From the NCBI GenBank assembly GCA_963718765.1, contig CAVQZV010000015.1:4053-68052 (forward strand): a stretch of 64,000 nucleotides of DNA, read 5' to 3'. Source of the stretch: an uncultured Actinomycetota bacterium. GTDB taxonomy: Bacteria > Actinomycetota > Actinomycetes > Streptosporangiales > Streptosporangiaceae. The position numbers were made by a program, and so were the translations under genes. Of the stretch, positions 1 through 9,670 are shown one piece after another (position 1 is the first letter of the stretch; every line of letters starts with the position of its first letter). The notes under the pieces are model-generated. The model saw only the letters and a list, made by a program, of their open reading frames with translations, did no database searches and had not been told where the DNA came from.

Positions 1-438
1 CGCGATGATCGACCCGGAGAAGGTGACGCCGCCGATGATGACATCGAGCAGGGTCGTAACCGACGTCGTCGCGGACACGGCCGTGCCTGCGGTCATGTAG
101 TCGTGGATGCCAACCAGCGCGGCAGCGCCACCGCCGACCGCGTTGAACATGCTGACCAGTTGCGGCATCGCGGTCATCTGCACGTTCCGCGCCGAGTACA
201 GCCCGAGTGCGCTGCCCACCAGCGCACCCGCGATCATGACAATCCAGCCGGTGGTGCTGATGAGATCGTCATGCACGATGATGGCGAGCGTCGCCGCGAT
301 GGCGACCACCATGCCGATGGTCGAGGCCTGGTTACCGCGGCGCGCGGTCGCCGGCGTGTTCATCAGGTGCAGGCCGAACACGAAGCTTGACGCGGCCAGG
401 AGGTAGATGACCTGGATCGTCCAGGCGAAGTCGCTCAT
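1..438 (-). CDS. pntB: NAD(P) transhydrogenase beta subunit, N-terminal 146 codons (gene runs off the window start)
   Basis: Manual minus-strand translation from ATG at 438: MSDFAWTIQVIYLLAASSFVFGLHLMNTPATARRGNQASTIGMVV...MPQLVSMFNAVGGGAAALVG. ATGA stop/start overlap with the upstream pntAb. Confidence 0.9.
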   Translation of the reverse strand, partial: MSDFAWTIQVIYLLAASSFVFGLHLMNTPATARRGNQASTIGMVVAIAATLAIIVHDDLISTTGWIVMIAGALVGSALGLYSARNVQMTAMPQLVSMFNAVGGGAAALVGIHDYMTAGTAVSATTSVTTLLDVIIGGVTFSGSIIA

Positions 439-788
439 GCCTCGTGGCCGGTGTCGTGATGACCGTTCGGGCTTGAGCCGTTCGAAGCGACGGATTCGGC
501 AGAGATGGGCCGCCGACGGAACATCTTGAGCATGCGGCCGGTGACCACGTAGCCGCCGACCACATTCGCGGCGGCGAACGCGGCCGCGAAGAACGCGATG
601 ATGTAGCCGACCGTGTTGTGCGCGGTGACGGCGATGAGCATGGCGCCAGCGAGCACGATGCCGTGGATCGAGTTCGCGGCTGACATCAGCGGCGTGTGCA
701 GCGTGGCTGGCACCTTGCTGATGACCTCGAAGCCCACCCACAGGCTGAGCACGAAGATCGCGACGTCGACGAGCAGCGCCGGGTACAT
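435..788 (-). CDS. pntAb: NAD(P) transhydrogenase alpha subunit part 2 (membrane part)
   Basis: 117-aa hydrophobic ORF MYPALLVDVAIFVLSLWVGFEVISKVP...; sits between pntAa and pntB with overlapping stop/start codons. Confidence 0.9.
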   Translation of the reverse strand: MYPALLVDVAIFVLSLWVGFEVISKVPATLHTPLMSAANSIHGIVLAGAMLIAVTAHNTVGYIIAFFAAAFAAANVVGGYVVTGRMLKMFRRRPISAESVASNGSSPNGHHDTGHEA

Positions 789-1933
789 CAGGCGGACCCT
801 CCCGTGAGATTGCCGTGCAAGAGGGCGGGATGCACGATGGCTCCATCCCGCGTGACGATGACGCCGGCCAGTAGTTCATCGTCGCCGTCGAGCGCGAGTG
901 CGCCGTCGGAATTCAGGGACAGCAGCAGCGCGGTGATGTTGCGCGCGTACATGGCGGATGCCGCGGTCGGCATGCTGGCGGGCAGCCCGGCCGCGCCGAC
1001 GATGGTCACCCCGTTGTCGGTCACGATGGTTTCGCCAGGCTCCGAGCCGGCCACGTTACCGCCGAGTGGACTTGCCGCCATGTCCACGATGACCGAGCCC
1101 GCGGTCATGGCCTTCAGAGCGTCCTCGGTCACCAGGAGCGGCGGGCGCCGCCCGGGGACCTGAGCTGTCGTGATCACCACGTCGTGGCGCGCAATGTGAG
1201 CGGTGAGTTCCTGCTGCTGAGCCAGTCTCTCGTCCTCCGTCAACTCCCGGGCGTAGCCGCCGTTGCCCGACGCCGGGCCGACCGTGCTCAGCTCGATGAA
1301 GGTTGCGCCGACCGATTCGGCCTCGGTCCGGGTCTCTGGCCGGACGTCGTAGGCGCTGACAACAGCGCCGAGCCGGCGAACAGTGCCGATGGCCTGCAGC
1401 CCGGCTACGCCAATGCCGAGCACCAGCACCTTGGCCGGCCGGGCGGTGCCCGCCGCCGTGATCAGCATCGGGAAGAACCGGCCATACTCTGCCGCAGCTA
1501 TCAGCGCGGCCTTGTAGCCAGCGATGTTGGCCTGTGAGGACAGCGCGTCCATGGGCTGGGCTCTTGGCAGGGTGCGCGGAATCATGTCCAGGCTGATCGC
1601 GGTGACACCGGCGCTGGCCAGCGCCTGCGTGAGGTCGGGGTCGGTCAGCGGGGACAGCATGCCGATGAGCACCTGGCCGCGCCGCAGCGACGCCACGGTA
1701 GCGGCGTCTGGGTTACCGACCATGAGCACAACGTCAGCCGCGAGCGCCTCGGACCGGCTGACGACACCCGCACCTGCCTCGGCGTAGTCATCGTCGGTGA
1801 ACCAGGCCCGGTCACCGGCCCCGGCCTCGACATCGACGTCGAGGCCAGCTGCACGCAGCTTGCTGAGCACCTCGGGGACCAGAGCCACACGCCGCTCGCC
1901 CGGCGCGGACTCCTTGACCACGGACACCTTCAT
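788..1933 (-). CDS. pntAa: NAD(P) transhydrogenase alpha subunit part 1 (alanine dehydrogenase-like)
   Basis: 381-aa ORF MKVSVVKESAPGERRVALVPE... with Rossmann motif VLVLGIGVAGLQAIG. Confidence 0.92.
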   Translation of the reverse strand: MKVSVVKESAPGERRVALVPEVLSKLRAAGLDVDVEAGAGDRAWFTDDDYAEAGAGVVSRSEALAADVVLMVGNPDAATVASLRRGQVLIGMLSPLTDPDLTQALASAGVTAISLDMIPRTLPRAQPMDALSSQANIAGYKAALIAAAEYGRFFPMLITAAGTARPAKVLVLGIGVAGLQAIGTVRRLGAVVSAYDVRPETRTEAESVGATFIELSTVGPASGNGGYARELTEDERLAQQQELTAHIARHDVVITTAQVPGRRPPLLVTEDALKAMTAGSVIVDMAASPLGGNVAGSEPGETIVTDNGVTIVGAAGLPASMPTAASAMYARNITALLLSLNSDGALALDGDDELLAGVIVTRDGAIVHPALLHGNLTGGSA

Positions 1934-2211
1934 AAACCGACCTCACTCAGGGTCGCCTGGGGGCTAGCAGCCTACCGTGAGGCCACTTCCTCATTATGGA
2001 CGCTGATTCGCTGGTCACCGTGCAGGGGCCTAGGTCCCGAGCGCTCCGGCGTCGAGCCACCGTGACTGCATCGGTGCCGCACCGATAACATCCGGCGACG
2101 ACCGCGCGTGCCTGGTTGGTTAACTGGCCTGCGCCGCGGTAGCCGTTGTACGCAGCGGGTATGGTTCCCTCGAATTTGCGCAGGGGAGCGCGGGGGACAG
2201 AGAGGCCGTGG

Positions 2212-2505
2212 ATGCCTGACTTCGTGTCGTCGCCGGAAAGCGGCGACCTCGCGGCCAAGCTGGCCGAAGCGCGCCGGAGGATGGCCACGCTCGACCTGCC
2301 GCGGCCGCTGGCGGCCCGGCTGCATCGGCGGTTCATCGCAATCTGTGATGCGGTCAAGGCTCCCGGCGCCGACGAGGCGAGCGGAGAGCGCAGGCTTACC
2401 GCATTCCTCGCGGTACTTGAGCGGGGGGCCAGGGGGACTACGGGGGAGCAAGAACATGAACAAGCGGGACCTAATAGACGCGGTTTCCGGCCGGATGGGC
2501 GATAA
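2212..2505 (+). CDS. hypothetical small protein (doubtful)
   Basis: ATG at 2212 inside ORF 2146..2505. The first ~60 codons have strong G/C third-position bias, which then decays. The 3' end would overlap hup by 50 nt. No recognisable family. Confidence 0.25.
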   Translation: MPDFVSSPESGDLAAKLAEARRRMATLDLPRPLAARLHRRFIAICDAVKAPGADEASGERRLTAFLAVLERGARGTTGEQEHEQAGPNRRGFRPDGR

Positions 2506-2749
2506 AAAGACGGCGACCGAGGCCGTCAACGCCGTACTCCAGACCATTCAGGAGACCGTCGCGCGGGGCGACAAGGTATCGATCTCGGGTTTCGGGGTGT
2601 TCGAGAAGCAGATTCGGGCGGCCCGGATCGCGCGCAACCCGGCGACTGGGGCGGCTGTGAAGGTGCCTAAGCAATCGGTGCCCAAGTTCCGCGCCGGCGC
2701 GGACTTCAAGGCGATGGTCAACACCAGGCGAGCGAGTCGCGCCCGGTAG
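2456..2749 (+). CDS. hup: HU-family nucleoid-associated DNA-binding protein
   Basis: Internal ATG of ORF 2108..2749 preceded by GGGGGAG. MNKRDLIDAVS...ISGFGVFEKQIRAARIARNPATGAAVKVPKQSVPKFRAG is the classic HU fold signature. Confidence 0.92.
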   Translation: MNKRDLIDAVSGRMGDKKTATEAVNAVLQTIQETVARGDKVSISGFGVFEKQIRAARIARNPATGAAVKVPKQSVPKFRAGADFKAMVNTRRASRAR

Positions 2750-2787
2750 CGGTACCCCGGCTGTCGCCATGAACGGCCGCCGTGGGA

Positions 2788-3924
2788 TCACCGCAGTCCG
2801 GGGCGCTTCTTCAGAGCGGTCTGCAGGACTCTGTCGACAAGCTGCCTGAACGGCATGCCGCTCGCTTCCCACATCTTCTGGAAATACGACGCTGGGGACA
2901 GGCCCGGCATGGTGTTGATCTCGTTCACGAAGATCTCGCCGCGCTGGGTATAGAAGAAGTCCACCCTGGCCAGTCCTTCGCAGGAAACGGCCTCGAAGGC
3001 GGCGGCGGCGAGGCGGCGGATCTCTGCGAGCGCTGCGTCCGGAATCGGCGCCGGGATCGCCATCCCGCTCGCCGCATCCAGGTACTTGGCCTCGAAGTCC
3101 CAGAATTCCTCGCCGCCGTCGATGAGCAGCTGACCGGGGATGCTCGTGTCCGGCGGCGCGCCATCGACGCCCTCGAGCACCGAGACCTCAACCTCTGCCG
3201 CGTCGATGGCGGCTTCAACGAGCACCTTCGGGTCGTACTGTCGGGCTGTCGTGATCGCCGCGCGCAGCTCATCCATCGTGTGGGCCTTCGAGGTGCCAAT
3301 GCTCGAGCCGCCCCTGGCCGGCTTGACGAATAGCGGCCATCCGAGCGCGTCGATGTCGTCGAGCACGCGCTTGGTTTCCACCGACGCTGCCTCGGCCATC
3401 ACGTCCGGCCAGTCCCGCTCCCGGACCACGACGTGCGGCCCGACCGGCAGGCCGCGGCTGGCGAAGATCAGCTTCATGTACTCCTTGTCCATGCTGACCG
3501 CGCTCGACAGCACGCCGGCCCCGACGTAGCGAACTCCGGCCATTTCGAGCAGGCCCTGGATCGTGCCGTCCTCGCCGTAGGGCCCGTGCAGCACAGGAAT
3601 CACGACGTCGACGTCGCCGAACAGGTGCGGGATCTGGGCGGGCGCCGTCGCCACCACCTCACCCCCGGACCACGGCACGACATCGGCGCCCGGCTCGGCG
3701 ACGGCAGCGACGGTCGGCAGCGTGCCGCCCGTGACAGCCAGCCGCTCGGGCGCATCGGCCACCAGTACCCAGTTGCCCTCGGTCGTGATGCCGACCGGGA
3801 TGACCTCGTAGCGCGACCGGTCGATGGCGGACAGCATGTTTCCGCCGCCCATGCACGACACCTGGTGCTCGGGGCCACGGCCGCCGAATACGACGGCGAC
3901 CCTGACCTTGCGCTGCTGCGTCAC
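2788..3924 (-). CDS. ddl: D-alanine--D-alanine ligase
   Basis: 378-aa ORF, VAVVFGGRGPEHQVS..., ATP-grasp motifs, C-terminal NEINTMPG. Confidence 0.93.
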   Translation of the reverse strand: MTQQRKVRVAVVFGGRGPEHQVSCMGGGNMLSAIDRSRYEVIPVGITTEGNWVLVADAPERLAVTGGTLPTVAAVAEPGADVVPWSGGEVVATAPAQIPHLFGDVDVVIPVLHGPYGEDGTIQGLLEMAGVRYVGAGVLSSAVSMDKEYMKLIFASRGLPVGPHVVVRERDWPDVMAEAASVETKRVLDDIDALGWPLFVKPARGGSSIGTSKAHTMDELRAAITTARQYDPKVLVEAAIDAAEVEVSVLEGVDGAPPDTSIPGQLLIDGGEEFWDFEAKYLDAASGMAIPAPIPDAALAEIRRLAAAAFEAVSCEGLARVDFFYTQRGEIFVNEINTMPGLSPASYFQKMWEASGMPFRQLVDRVLQTALKKRPGLR

Positions 3925-3955
3925 TACTCCTCCAACCTCGATAGGTGCCCTCGCG

Positions 3956-4960
3956 TCAGACGCCGTAACGCTCGGGCTTGGCCGACCTGGTCGCGAGTAG
4001 CTGCACGGCCTGGCCTATCTCCATGCCGTCGTGCATCACCGCGGCGATCACCTCGGTGATCGGCATTTCCACTCCGAGCCCGCGGGCCAGCTGGCGCACC
4101 GACTCCGCTGACTTCACGCCCTCCACCGTCTGGGTGGTGCTCGCGATCACTTCCGGCAGCGACATGCCACGGCCGAGCTTCTCGCCGAAAGACCGGTTCC
4201 TGGCCAGCGGCGAGCTGCAGCTGACGACCAGATCGCCGAGGCCGGCCAGCCCGGAGAAGGTGTGCTGCTCGGCGCCGAGCGCGGCGCCGAGCCTCGCGAT
4301 CTCGGCCAGCCCACGGGTGATGAGCATGGCCCTGGTGTTGTCCCCGAGGCCCATGCCCGCCGCGATGCCCACGGCGAGCGCGATCACGTTCTTCACCGAG
4401 CCGCCGAGCTCGCAGCCGACGACGTCGGAGTTGGTGTAGGGGCGGAAGTATGCGGAGTGGGACGCGGCCTGGAGCCGCTCGGCGACGGATTCGTCGGCGC
4501 ACGCCACCACCGTCGCGCTGTACTGCCTGGCGGCAATCTCCGGCGCGATGTTCGGCCCCGAGACTACGGCGATGCGGTCCGGGCCGGCGCCGGTGACCTC
4601 GGCAATCACCTGGCTCATCCGGTCGCCCGTGCCGAGTTCGATGCCCTTGATGAGGCTGAGGATCACCGCATCGGCGGGCAGCTGGTCGCGCCATTGCAGG
4701 AGGTTCTGCCGCAGCGACTGAGCTGGGATCGCCAGGACCACGAGGTCGGCTCCAGCCAGCGCCTCGGCTGGATCCGCGGTGGCGTACAGGCTGGCGGGCA
4801 GCGTGATGCCGGGCAGATACCGCTGCGAGGTGTGGCTGCCGTTGATCTGCTTGGCCAGTTCTGACTCTCGGCAGTACAGCGTGACGGGCGTGGCCGCATC
4901 GCACAGCACCTGGGCGAACGTGGTGCCCCACGAACCCCCGCCGAGCACCGCGGCTTTCAC
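3956..4960 (-). CDS. gpsA: NAD(P)H-dependent glycerol-3-phosphate dehydrogenase
   Basis: 334-aa [22 protein letters not shown]..., [12 protein letters not shown] motif. Confidence 0.93.
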   Translation of the reverse strand: MKAAVLGGGSWGTTFAQVLCDAATPVTLYCRESELAKQINGSHTSQRYLPGITLPASLYATADPAEALAGADLVVLAIPAQSLRQNLLQWRDQLPADAVILSLIKGIELGTGDRMSQVIAEVTGAGPDRIAVVSGPNIAPEIAARQYSATVVACADESVAERLQAASHSAYFRPYTNSDVVGCELGGSVKNVIALAVGIAAGMGLGDNTRAMLITRGLAEIARLGAALGAEQHTFSGLAGLGDLVVSCSSPLARNRSFGEKLGRGMSLPEVIASTTQTVEGVKSAESVRQLARGLGVEMPITEVIAAVMHDGMEIGQAVQLLATRSAKPERYGV

Positions 4961-5757
4961 GGCGCAGGCATCCCTGGATCGTCGGCTTCGGCGAGCGCGC
5001 GCATGTCCTGCCGCAGCTTCCGCCGAGCGACCGCCGGGTGGTAGAACTCAGCCGGCGGCTGCTCACCACGTATGCCGCCGAGCATGTCGGCAATCTCGGT
5101 CATGATCTTGTCGGTAGCGGCCCGCAGTACCTGGTTCGCCAGCGGCTGGCCCTTGAATTCAGAGAGGTCAACCGGCGGCCCGGCGACGACGCGGACTTTC
5201 GTGCGCGGCAGGAACTTAGGCACCCACTTCCCGTACGGCAGGATGCGCTGCGCCCCCCAGTCGGCCACCGGTACCACCGGGACCTCGGATTCCAGCGCGA
5301 GGCGCGCTACGCCCGTCTTGGCAACCATCGGCCACAGCTGCGGATCTCTGGTGGCGGTGCCCTCGGGGTAGAAGATCACGCAGGAGTTCGTCTCGGCGAC
5401 CAGCCTGGCGGCCTGCTTCAGGACGAGGGCGGCATCAGCCTGGCCCCGGTAGACCGGAAGCTGGCCGAGCCAGCCGAGGATGGGCCCGAGCACGGGGATC
5501 TTGAAGAGCGTCGACTTGGCCAGGAATACCGGGTACCGGCCAGCCCTGTCGGCGAGCCTCGCGATGGCGAAGATGTCCATATAGGACAGGTGGTTGGCGG
5601 CCAGGATGACCGGCCCCTGCGGAGGGATATTCTCCAGGCCGGTGAAGTCCAGGCCCATCATCAGCGAGATGCCGGGCCGGAGGATGATCTTCGAGACGCT
5701 CCGCCAGGCGGGGGAGTAGCTGCCGTCGGCTGACGTCCGTTCCTTCTTGCCTGCCAT
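4957..5757 (-). CDS. 1-acyl-sn-glycerol-3-phosphate (lysophospholipid) acyltransferase
   Basis: Internal ATG (MAGKKERTS...) of ORF 4957..6306. H(X4)D motif in [11 protein letters not shown] and [10 protein letters not shown]. The upstream 180 codons of the tracked ORF look like non-coding read-through. Confidence 0.85.
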   Translation of the reverse strand: MAGKKERTSADGSYSPAWRSVSKIILRPGISLMMGLDFTGLENIPPQGPVILAANHLSYMDIFAIARLADRAGRYPVFLAKSTLFKIPVLGPILGWLGQLPVYRGQADAALVLKQAARLVAETNSCVIFYPEGTATRDPQLWPMVAKTGVARLALESEVPVVPVADWGAQRILPYGKWVPKFLPRTKVRVVAGPPVDLSEFKGQPLANQVLRAATDKIMTEIADMLGGIRGEQPPAEFYHPAVARRKLRQDMRALAEADDPGMPAP

Positions 5758-5799
5758 CGGTTCCCTCCGCCGCCTGGGCTGCCTGGGAGGATCATACGC

Positions 5800-6462
5800 A
5801 TGGCACCCGAGTCCGAGGCTCCCCTTGCTTGGTCGCTCGTGGTCCCCGTCAAGGTACTTGCCCAGGCTAAGTCGCGGCTTACCGGGCTGGCCGACGAACG
5901 CCGGTCGCGGCTCGCCCTCGCGATGGCGGCCGACACGATCGCGGCGGCCGTCCGCGCCGATGTCGTCGCTGTGGTGGTGCTGGTAACGGACGATCCGGAG
6001 GTCGGCGACGCGGCCGGGGACCTCGGGGCGGTCGTGCTCGCCGACGAGCCAGCCGCCGGCCTCAATGAGGCCCTGCGCCACGGGGCCGCCTATGCACGCG
6101 GCCAGTGGCCGGACCGCGGGGTGGCCGGCCTGGCCGGCGATCTGCCCGCCCTGCGTCCGGAGGAACTCACGAATGCGCTGACCGCGGCTGAGGGCCTGCG
6201 CGTCGCGTTCGTGCCGGACGCGAGCGGAACCGGCACCACGCTGTACGCGGCAGCCCCGGGGGCGCAATTCCGCCCCCGGTTCGGCACGTTGTCCCGGAAC
6301 CGCCATCTGGCCGACGGCGCTGCTGAGATCGCCGCGGGCCGGCCGCTGGCCGGGCTGCGCCGCGACGTCGACACCGTCGACGACCTGCGGCTGGCTGCAG
6401 AACTCGGCCTGGGGCCCCGCACCACGGCGGTGCTGGCCGCCGACGCTGAGATTCTCAGCTAG
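5800..6462 (+). CDS. fbiD: 2-phospho-L-lactate / phosphoenolpyruvate guanylyltransferase (F420 biosynthesis)
   Basis: 220-aa ORF with WSLVVPVKVLAQAKSRL N-terminus typical of CofC/FbiD. Same neighbourhood (gpsA, ddl) as in mycobacteria. Confidence 0.85.
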   Translation: MAPESEAPLAWSLVVPVKVLAQAKSRLTGLADERRSRLALAMAADTIAAAVRADVVAVVVLVTDDPEVGDAAGDLGAVVLADEPAAGLNEALRHGAAYARGQWPDRGVAGLAGDLPALRPEELTNALTAAEGLRVAFVPDASGTGTTLYAAAPGAQFRPRFGTLSRNRHLADGAAEIAAGRPLAGLRRDVDTVDDLRLAAELGLGPRTTAVLAADAEILS

Positions 6463-6692
6463 ATGTGGACGATCGGGCAGGTGAGCGTTCTGGTGATGCC
6501 AGGGACGCCCTGAATCTGTGCCACAACCATCCGGCCGAGTTCGTCGACGTTCTCCGATTCGGCTCGGACGATCACGTCGTAGGGTCCGGTCACGTCGTCA
6601 GCCTGGGTAACGCCGGCGATCTTCGCGATTGCGGTGGCTACCTCGGCTGCCTTCCCGACCTCGGTCTGCACGAGAATGTAAGCCTGCACCAT
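6459..6692 (-). CDS. small Lrp/AsnC ligand-binding-domain protein (77 aa)
   Basis: MVQAYILVQTEVGKAAEVATAIAKIAGV...DVIVRAESENVDELGRMVV..., internal start of ORF 6459..7154. Confidence 0.8.
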   Translation of the reverse strand: MVQAYILVQTEVGKAAEVATAIAKIAGVTQADDVTGPYDVIVRAESENVDELGRMVVAQIQGVPGITRTLTCPIVHI

Positions 6693-6744
6693 TGCGCCCC
6701 TCCACACTCGTGGTCGTTCACTAACGCTATCGCGGGAGGACGCC

Positions 6745-7698
6745 ATTACTGTTGCCGACCTCGGCGAATTTGGGCTGATAGCCCAGATCCGTGCGCTCGT
6801 GCCCGTGCCAGGGACCGCTGTGGTCGGCATCGGCGACGATGCGGCGGTGCTTCCCGCGCCGGATGGCCGGACGGTCGTGACTACGGATCTGCTGATCGAG
6901 AGCAGGCATTTCCGCCGCGACTGGTCGAGCGCCGCCGACATCGGCGTCAAGGCAGCAGCCCAGAACCTCGCAGACGTCGCGGCGATGGGAGCAGCGCCGA
7001 CGGCACTACTGCTCGGCCTGGCCGTGCCTGGCGGCACGGCGGTGGCCTGGGTCCTCGAGCTGGTAGGCGGACTGCTCGCAGAGTGCCAGCGGGCCGGAGC
7101 GATACTGGCCGGCGGCGACGTCACCAGTGCCGACACGGTCATGCTCGGCATCACCGCGGTCGGTGACCTCGCCGGCAGGCCGCCGGTGACCAGGAGCGGA
7201 GCCCGGCCAGGAGACGTGGTCGCCGTCAGTGCAGTGCCGGGCCGGTCCGCTGCGGGGCTGGCGCTGCTGGCGGCTGGCCTTGACCCAGCGGACGGCGTGC
7301 TGGCCGATCTGGTCGCGGCGCACCGGCGGCCGCAGCCCGACTACCCGGCCGGGGTGACGGCCGCCACTGCCGGTGCCACATCCATGATCGACGTCAGCGA
7401 CGGGCTGATCGCTGACCTCGGCCACGTCGCTGTGGCCAGCCGTGTCAGCATCGACATCTCGTCGCCCAGCCTCGCTGACGAGCGCCTTGCTGGCGCCGCC
7501 GCGGTGCTCCGGGCTGACTGGCGCGGGTGGGCGCTGCGCGGGGGAGAGGATCACGTGCTCGCGGCTTCGTTTCCTCCCGATGCGCACGTGCCGGACGGGT
7601 GGACCATCGTCGGCCACGTCCGGGAGGGGAACGGGGTATTCGTCGATTCGCGGCCCTGGCACGGCCGCGGCGGCTGGGACCACTTCCATCCCCGTTGA
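6745..7698 (+). CDS. thiL: thiamine-monophosphate kinase; start set at a non-canonical ATT
   Basis: ORF track starts at GTG 6799, but the conserved ThiL N-terminal motif GEFGLI is encoded upstream at 6763-6780 in the same open frame. The frame opens after TAA 6679-6681 and has no ATG/GTG/TTG before 6799. GGGAGGA at 6734-6740 lies 4 nt before ATT 6745. Confidence 0.85.
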   Translation: MTVADLGEFGLIAQIRALVPVPGTAVVGIGDDAAVLPAPDGRTVVTTDLLIESRHFRRDWSSAADIGVKAAAQNLADVAAMGAAPTALLLGLAVPGGTAVAWVLELVGGLLAECQRAGAILAGGDVTSADTVMLGITAVGDLAGRPPVTRSGARPGDVVAVSAVPGRSAAGLALLAAGLDPADGVLADLVAAHRRPQPDYPAGVTAATAGATSMIDVSDGLIADLGHVAVASRVSIDISSPSLADERLAGAAAVLRADWRGWALRGGEDHVLAASFPPDAHVPDGWTIVGHVREGNGVFVDSRPWHGRGGWDHFHPR

Positions 7699-7762
7699 CC
7701 CCGAACGGAAAGCAGATGGCTGATGTGGTGGCCGAGAGGCGACGCCGCTTGATATAACGCGG

Positions 7763-8584
7763 TTGATGCCCCGCCATCGGATCGAAGCACCACGACAGAG
7801 GACGCTCTGGCCCGCAGCCGTACGGTCGGCTCGCCGCGTCCCGTCCCGTGCTGCCGGCCGGCGGGTGACTCCTGGCCATGCCAAGCCGGCCGTCGCTCCC
7901 GAATGGCGTCAGCGCGTAGCCCGCAGCCAGCGCCGGATCCTGAAGCAGGCCGGCCGCCGACTGGCGTGGTCCCCCTGGTTCGCTGCCGGGGCCGGCGTCG
8001 TCATCGCGACGGGTGTGATGATCTACACGCCGCACGCCAACCTGAATTTCGGGAAGGCGATCCAGGTAACCCCTTGCACGCAAGCAAGCTGCCCTCAGAC
8101 CGCCCCGGCGCAGGCACCGGGGTTGCCGGCCGGTAGTGGAGTGACGGCATCGCCTAGCACCCCCAGCCTGCCGGCGGGCATGACTTTCTCGTACCAGGTG
8201 CTGAGCCAGTCGACCCAGTACGGGTTCATCATGCTGATCACGATCCATTCGCCGCACAACTTCGGCCTGTGGCACCTCTCGTTGGTCATCCCAGGAACCA
8301 GGGACCTCTTCGTCGTCTACGGCGCGCGCTGGCGGTCATCCGGCGCCGACAGCGGCACCGCGAGCAGTTCCCTCGCGGGGACTGAATCCGCCGGCTACGC
8401 CATGATTTCCGCGCACGAGAATGGCGGTGAGGGTGGGTCCAGCCAGAACGGCTACACCGTGCTGATCCAGATCCATGGCTCCGGCACGGCCGGCCAGCCC
8501 ATCCACTGCACCTACAACGGGGCGCACTGCACGTTCAAGCCGTCGACCAGCCTGGCTCCGGCGAGCTCGCAGGGCGCTGGATGA
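7763..8584 (+). CDS. membrane-anchored hypothetical protein with a CBM2-like beta-sandwich C-terminal domain (tentative)
   Basis: Arg-rich N-terminus, one TM segment (WFAAGAGVVIATGVMIY), a P/A/S linker, then FSYQVLSQSTQYGFIMLITIHS...WHLSLVIPG...GYTVLIQIHG...CTYNGAHC. Start codon uncertain. Confidence 0.6.
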   Translation: MMPRHRIEAPRQRTLWPAAVRSARRVPSRAAGRRVTPGHAKPAVAPEWRQRVARSQRRILKQAGRRLAWSPWFAAGAGVVIATGVMIYTPHANLNFGKAIQVTPCTQASCPQTAPAQAPGLPAGSGVTASPSTPSLPAGMTFSYQVLSQSTQYGFIMLITIHSPHNFGLWHLSLVIPGTRDLFVVYGARWRSSGADSGTASSSLAGTESAGYAMISAHENGGEGGSSQNGYTVLIQIHGSGTAGQPIHCTYNGAHCTFKPSTSLAPASSQGAG

Positions 8585-8610
8585 TCCGCGCGATGTTCTA
8601 GATTGAACTC

Positions 8611-9420
8611 ATGCCGACCACGCCACCCCGCGTCCTCGCTGTTGCGGGCTCCGACTCTGGTGGCGGCGCGGGCATCCAGGCCGACCTGAAGACCATGCTG
8701 GCGCTCGGCGTGCACGGCATGACCGTCGTCTGCGCCGTGACCGCGCAGAACTCGGTGGGCGTGCAGGGCTACTGGGAGCTGCCGCCGGAGGCGGTGCGCG
8801 CCCAGCTCGACTCCGTGCTCTCCGACATCGGCGTGCAGGCCGTCAAAACCGGCATGCTGGCCTCGCCCGTGCTGGTGGCGACCGTGGCGGACGCGCTCGC
8901 TGAGGTGGCAGCTCCCATCGTCATTGACCCGGTGGCGGTGTCGAAGCACGGCGACAGCCTGTTGTCGGCTGGAACGCTCGATGCAGTGCGGGAGCGGCTG
9001 CTGCCGCTGGCCACCGTGGTGACGCCCAACTTGCTCGAGGCCGAGTTGCTGACCGGCATGAGCATCGGCGACGAGGCGCAGATGCTGGCGGCCGGCCGCG
9101 CCATCCTGGCGATGGGCCCGCAGTGGGTGCTGATGAAGGGCGGGCATCTGCCGGGCAGGCCAGTCGACCTGCTGGTGAGCGATCAGGAGGTGATCCGCTT
9201 CCCAGCCGAACGCATTGCGAGCGTGCACACGCATGGCACCGGCTGCACGCTCGCATCGGCCGTTGCGTCCCGCCTCGCGATCGGCGACGACGTGCCGACT
9301 GCGGTCAAGGCGGCCAAGGAATATGTCACCGGCGCCATCGCTGCGGGATTCCCGCTGGGATCCGGGATCGGACCGGTGGACCACGGCTGGCGGCTGCGGG
9401 CCGCCGCCGACCTGCGCTAG
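8611..9420 (+). CDS. thiD: hydroxymethylpyrimidine/phosphomethylpyrimidine kinase
   Basis: 269-aa [25 protein letters not shown]..., [12 protein letters not shown] motif. Confidence 0.93.
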   Translation: MPTTPPRVLAVAGSDSGGGAGIQADLKTMLALGVHGMTVVCAVTAQNSVGVQGYWELPPEAVRAQLDSVLSDIGVQAVKTGMLASPVLVATVADALAEVAAPIVIDPVAVSKHGDSLLSAGTLDAVRERLLPLATVVTPNLLEAELLTGMSIGDEAQMLAAGRAILAMGPQWVLMKGGHLPGRPVDLLVSDQEVIRFPAERIASVHTHGTGCTLASAVASRLAIGDDVPTAVKAAKEYVTGAIAAGFPLGSGIGPVDHGWRLRAAADLR

Positions 9421-9467
9421 CGGCACGCTGCCGCAGGCAGCCTAGCGGCGCAGTGCCGCCGGGCTGC

Positions 9468-9653
9468 CTAGCGGCTTACTTTGCCAGCCTTGATGCAGGA
9501 CGTGCACACATTCATCCGGCGCGGGGTCTTGCCGACCATCGCGCGCACGCGCTGAATGTTCGGGTTCCAGCGGCGCGGGGTCCGGCGGTGCGAGTGCGAC
9601 ACATTGTTGCCGAAGCCCGGCCCTTTGCCGCACACATCGCAGACGGAAGCCAC
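9468..9653 (-). CDS. rpmB: 50S ribosomal protein L28
   Basis: 61-aa ORF MASVCDVCGKGPGFGNNVSHSHRRTPRRWNPNIQRVR. Confidence 0.95.
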   Translation of the reverse strand: MASVCDVCGKGPGFGNNVSHSHRRTPRRWNPNIQRVRAMVGKTPRRMNVCTSCIKAGKVSR

Positions 9654-9670
9654 GGGATCGCTCCAGGGAA

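Noticed and set aside
4957-6306. Long N-terminal extensions in tracked ORFs (4957..6306, 26731..28002, 37114..38208, 56750..58540, 60821..61306, 41167..42054, 46900..47682).
   Set aside because: In each case homology starts at an internal start codon, usually with an RBS. The upstream part overlaps another gene or has non-protein-like composition.
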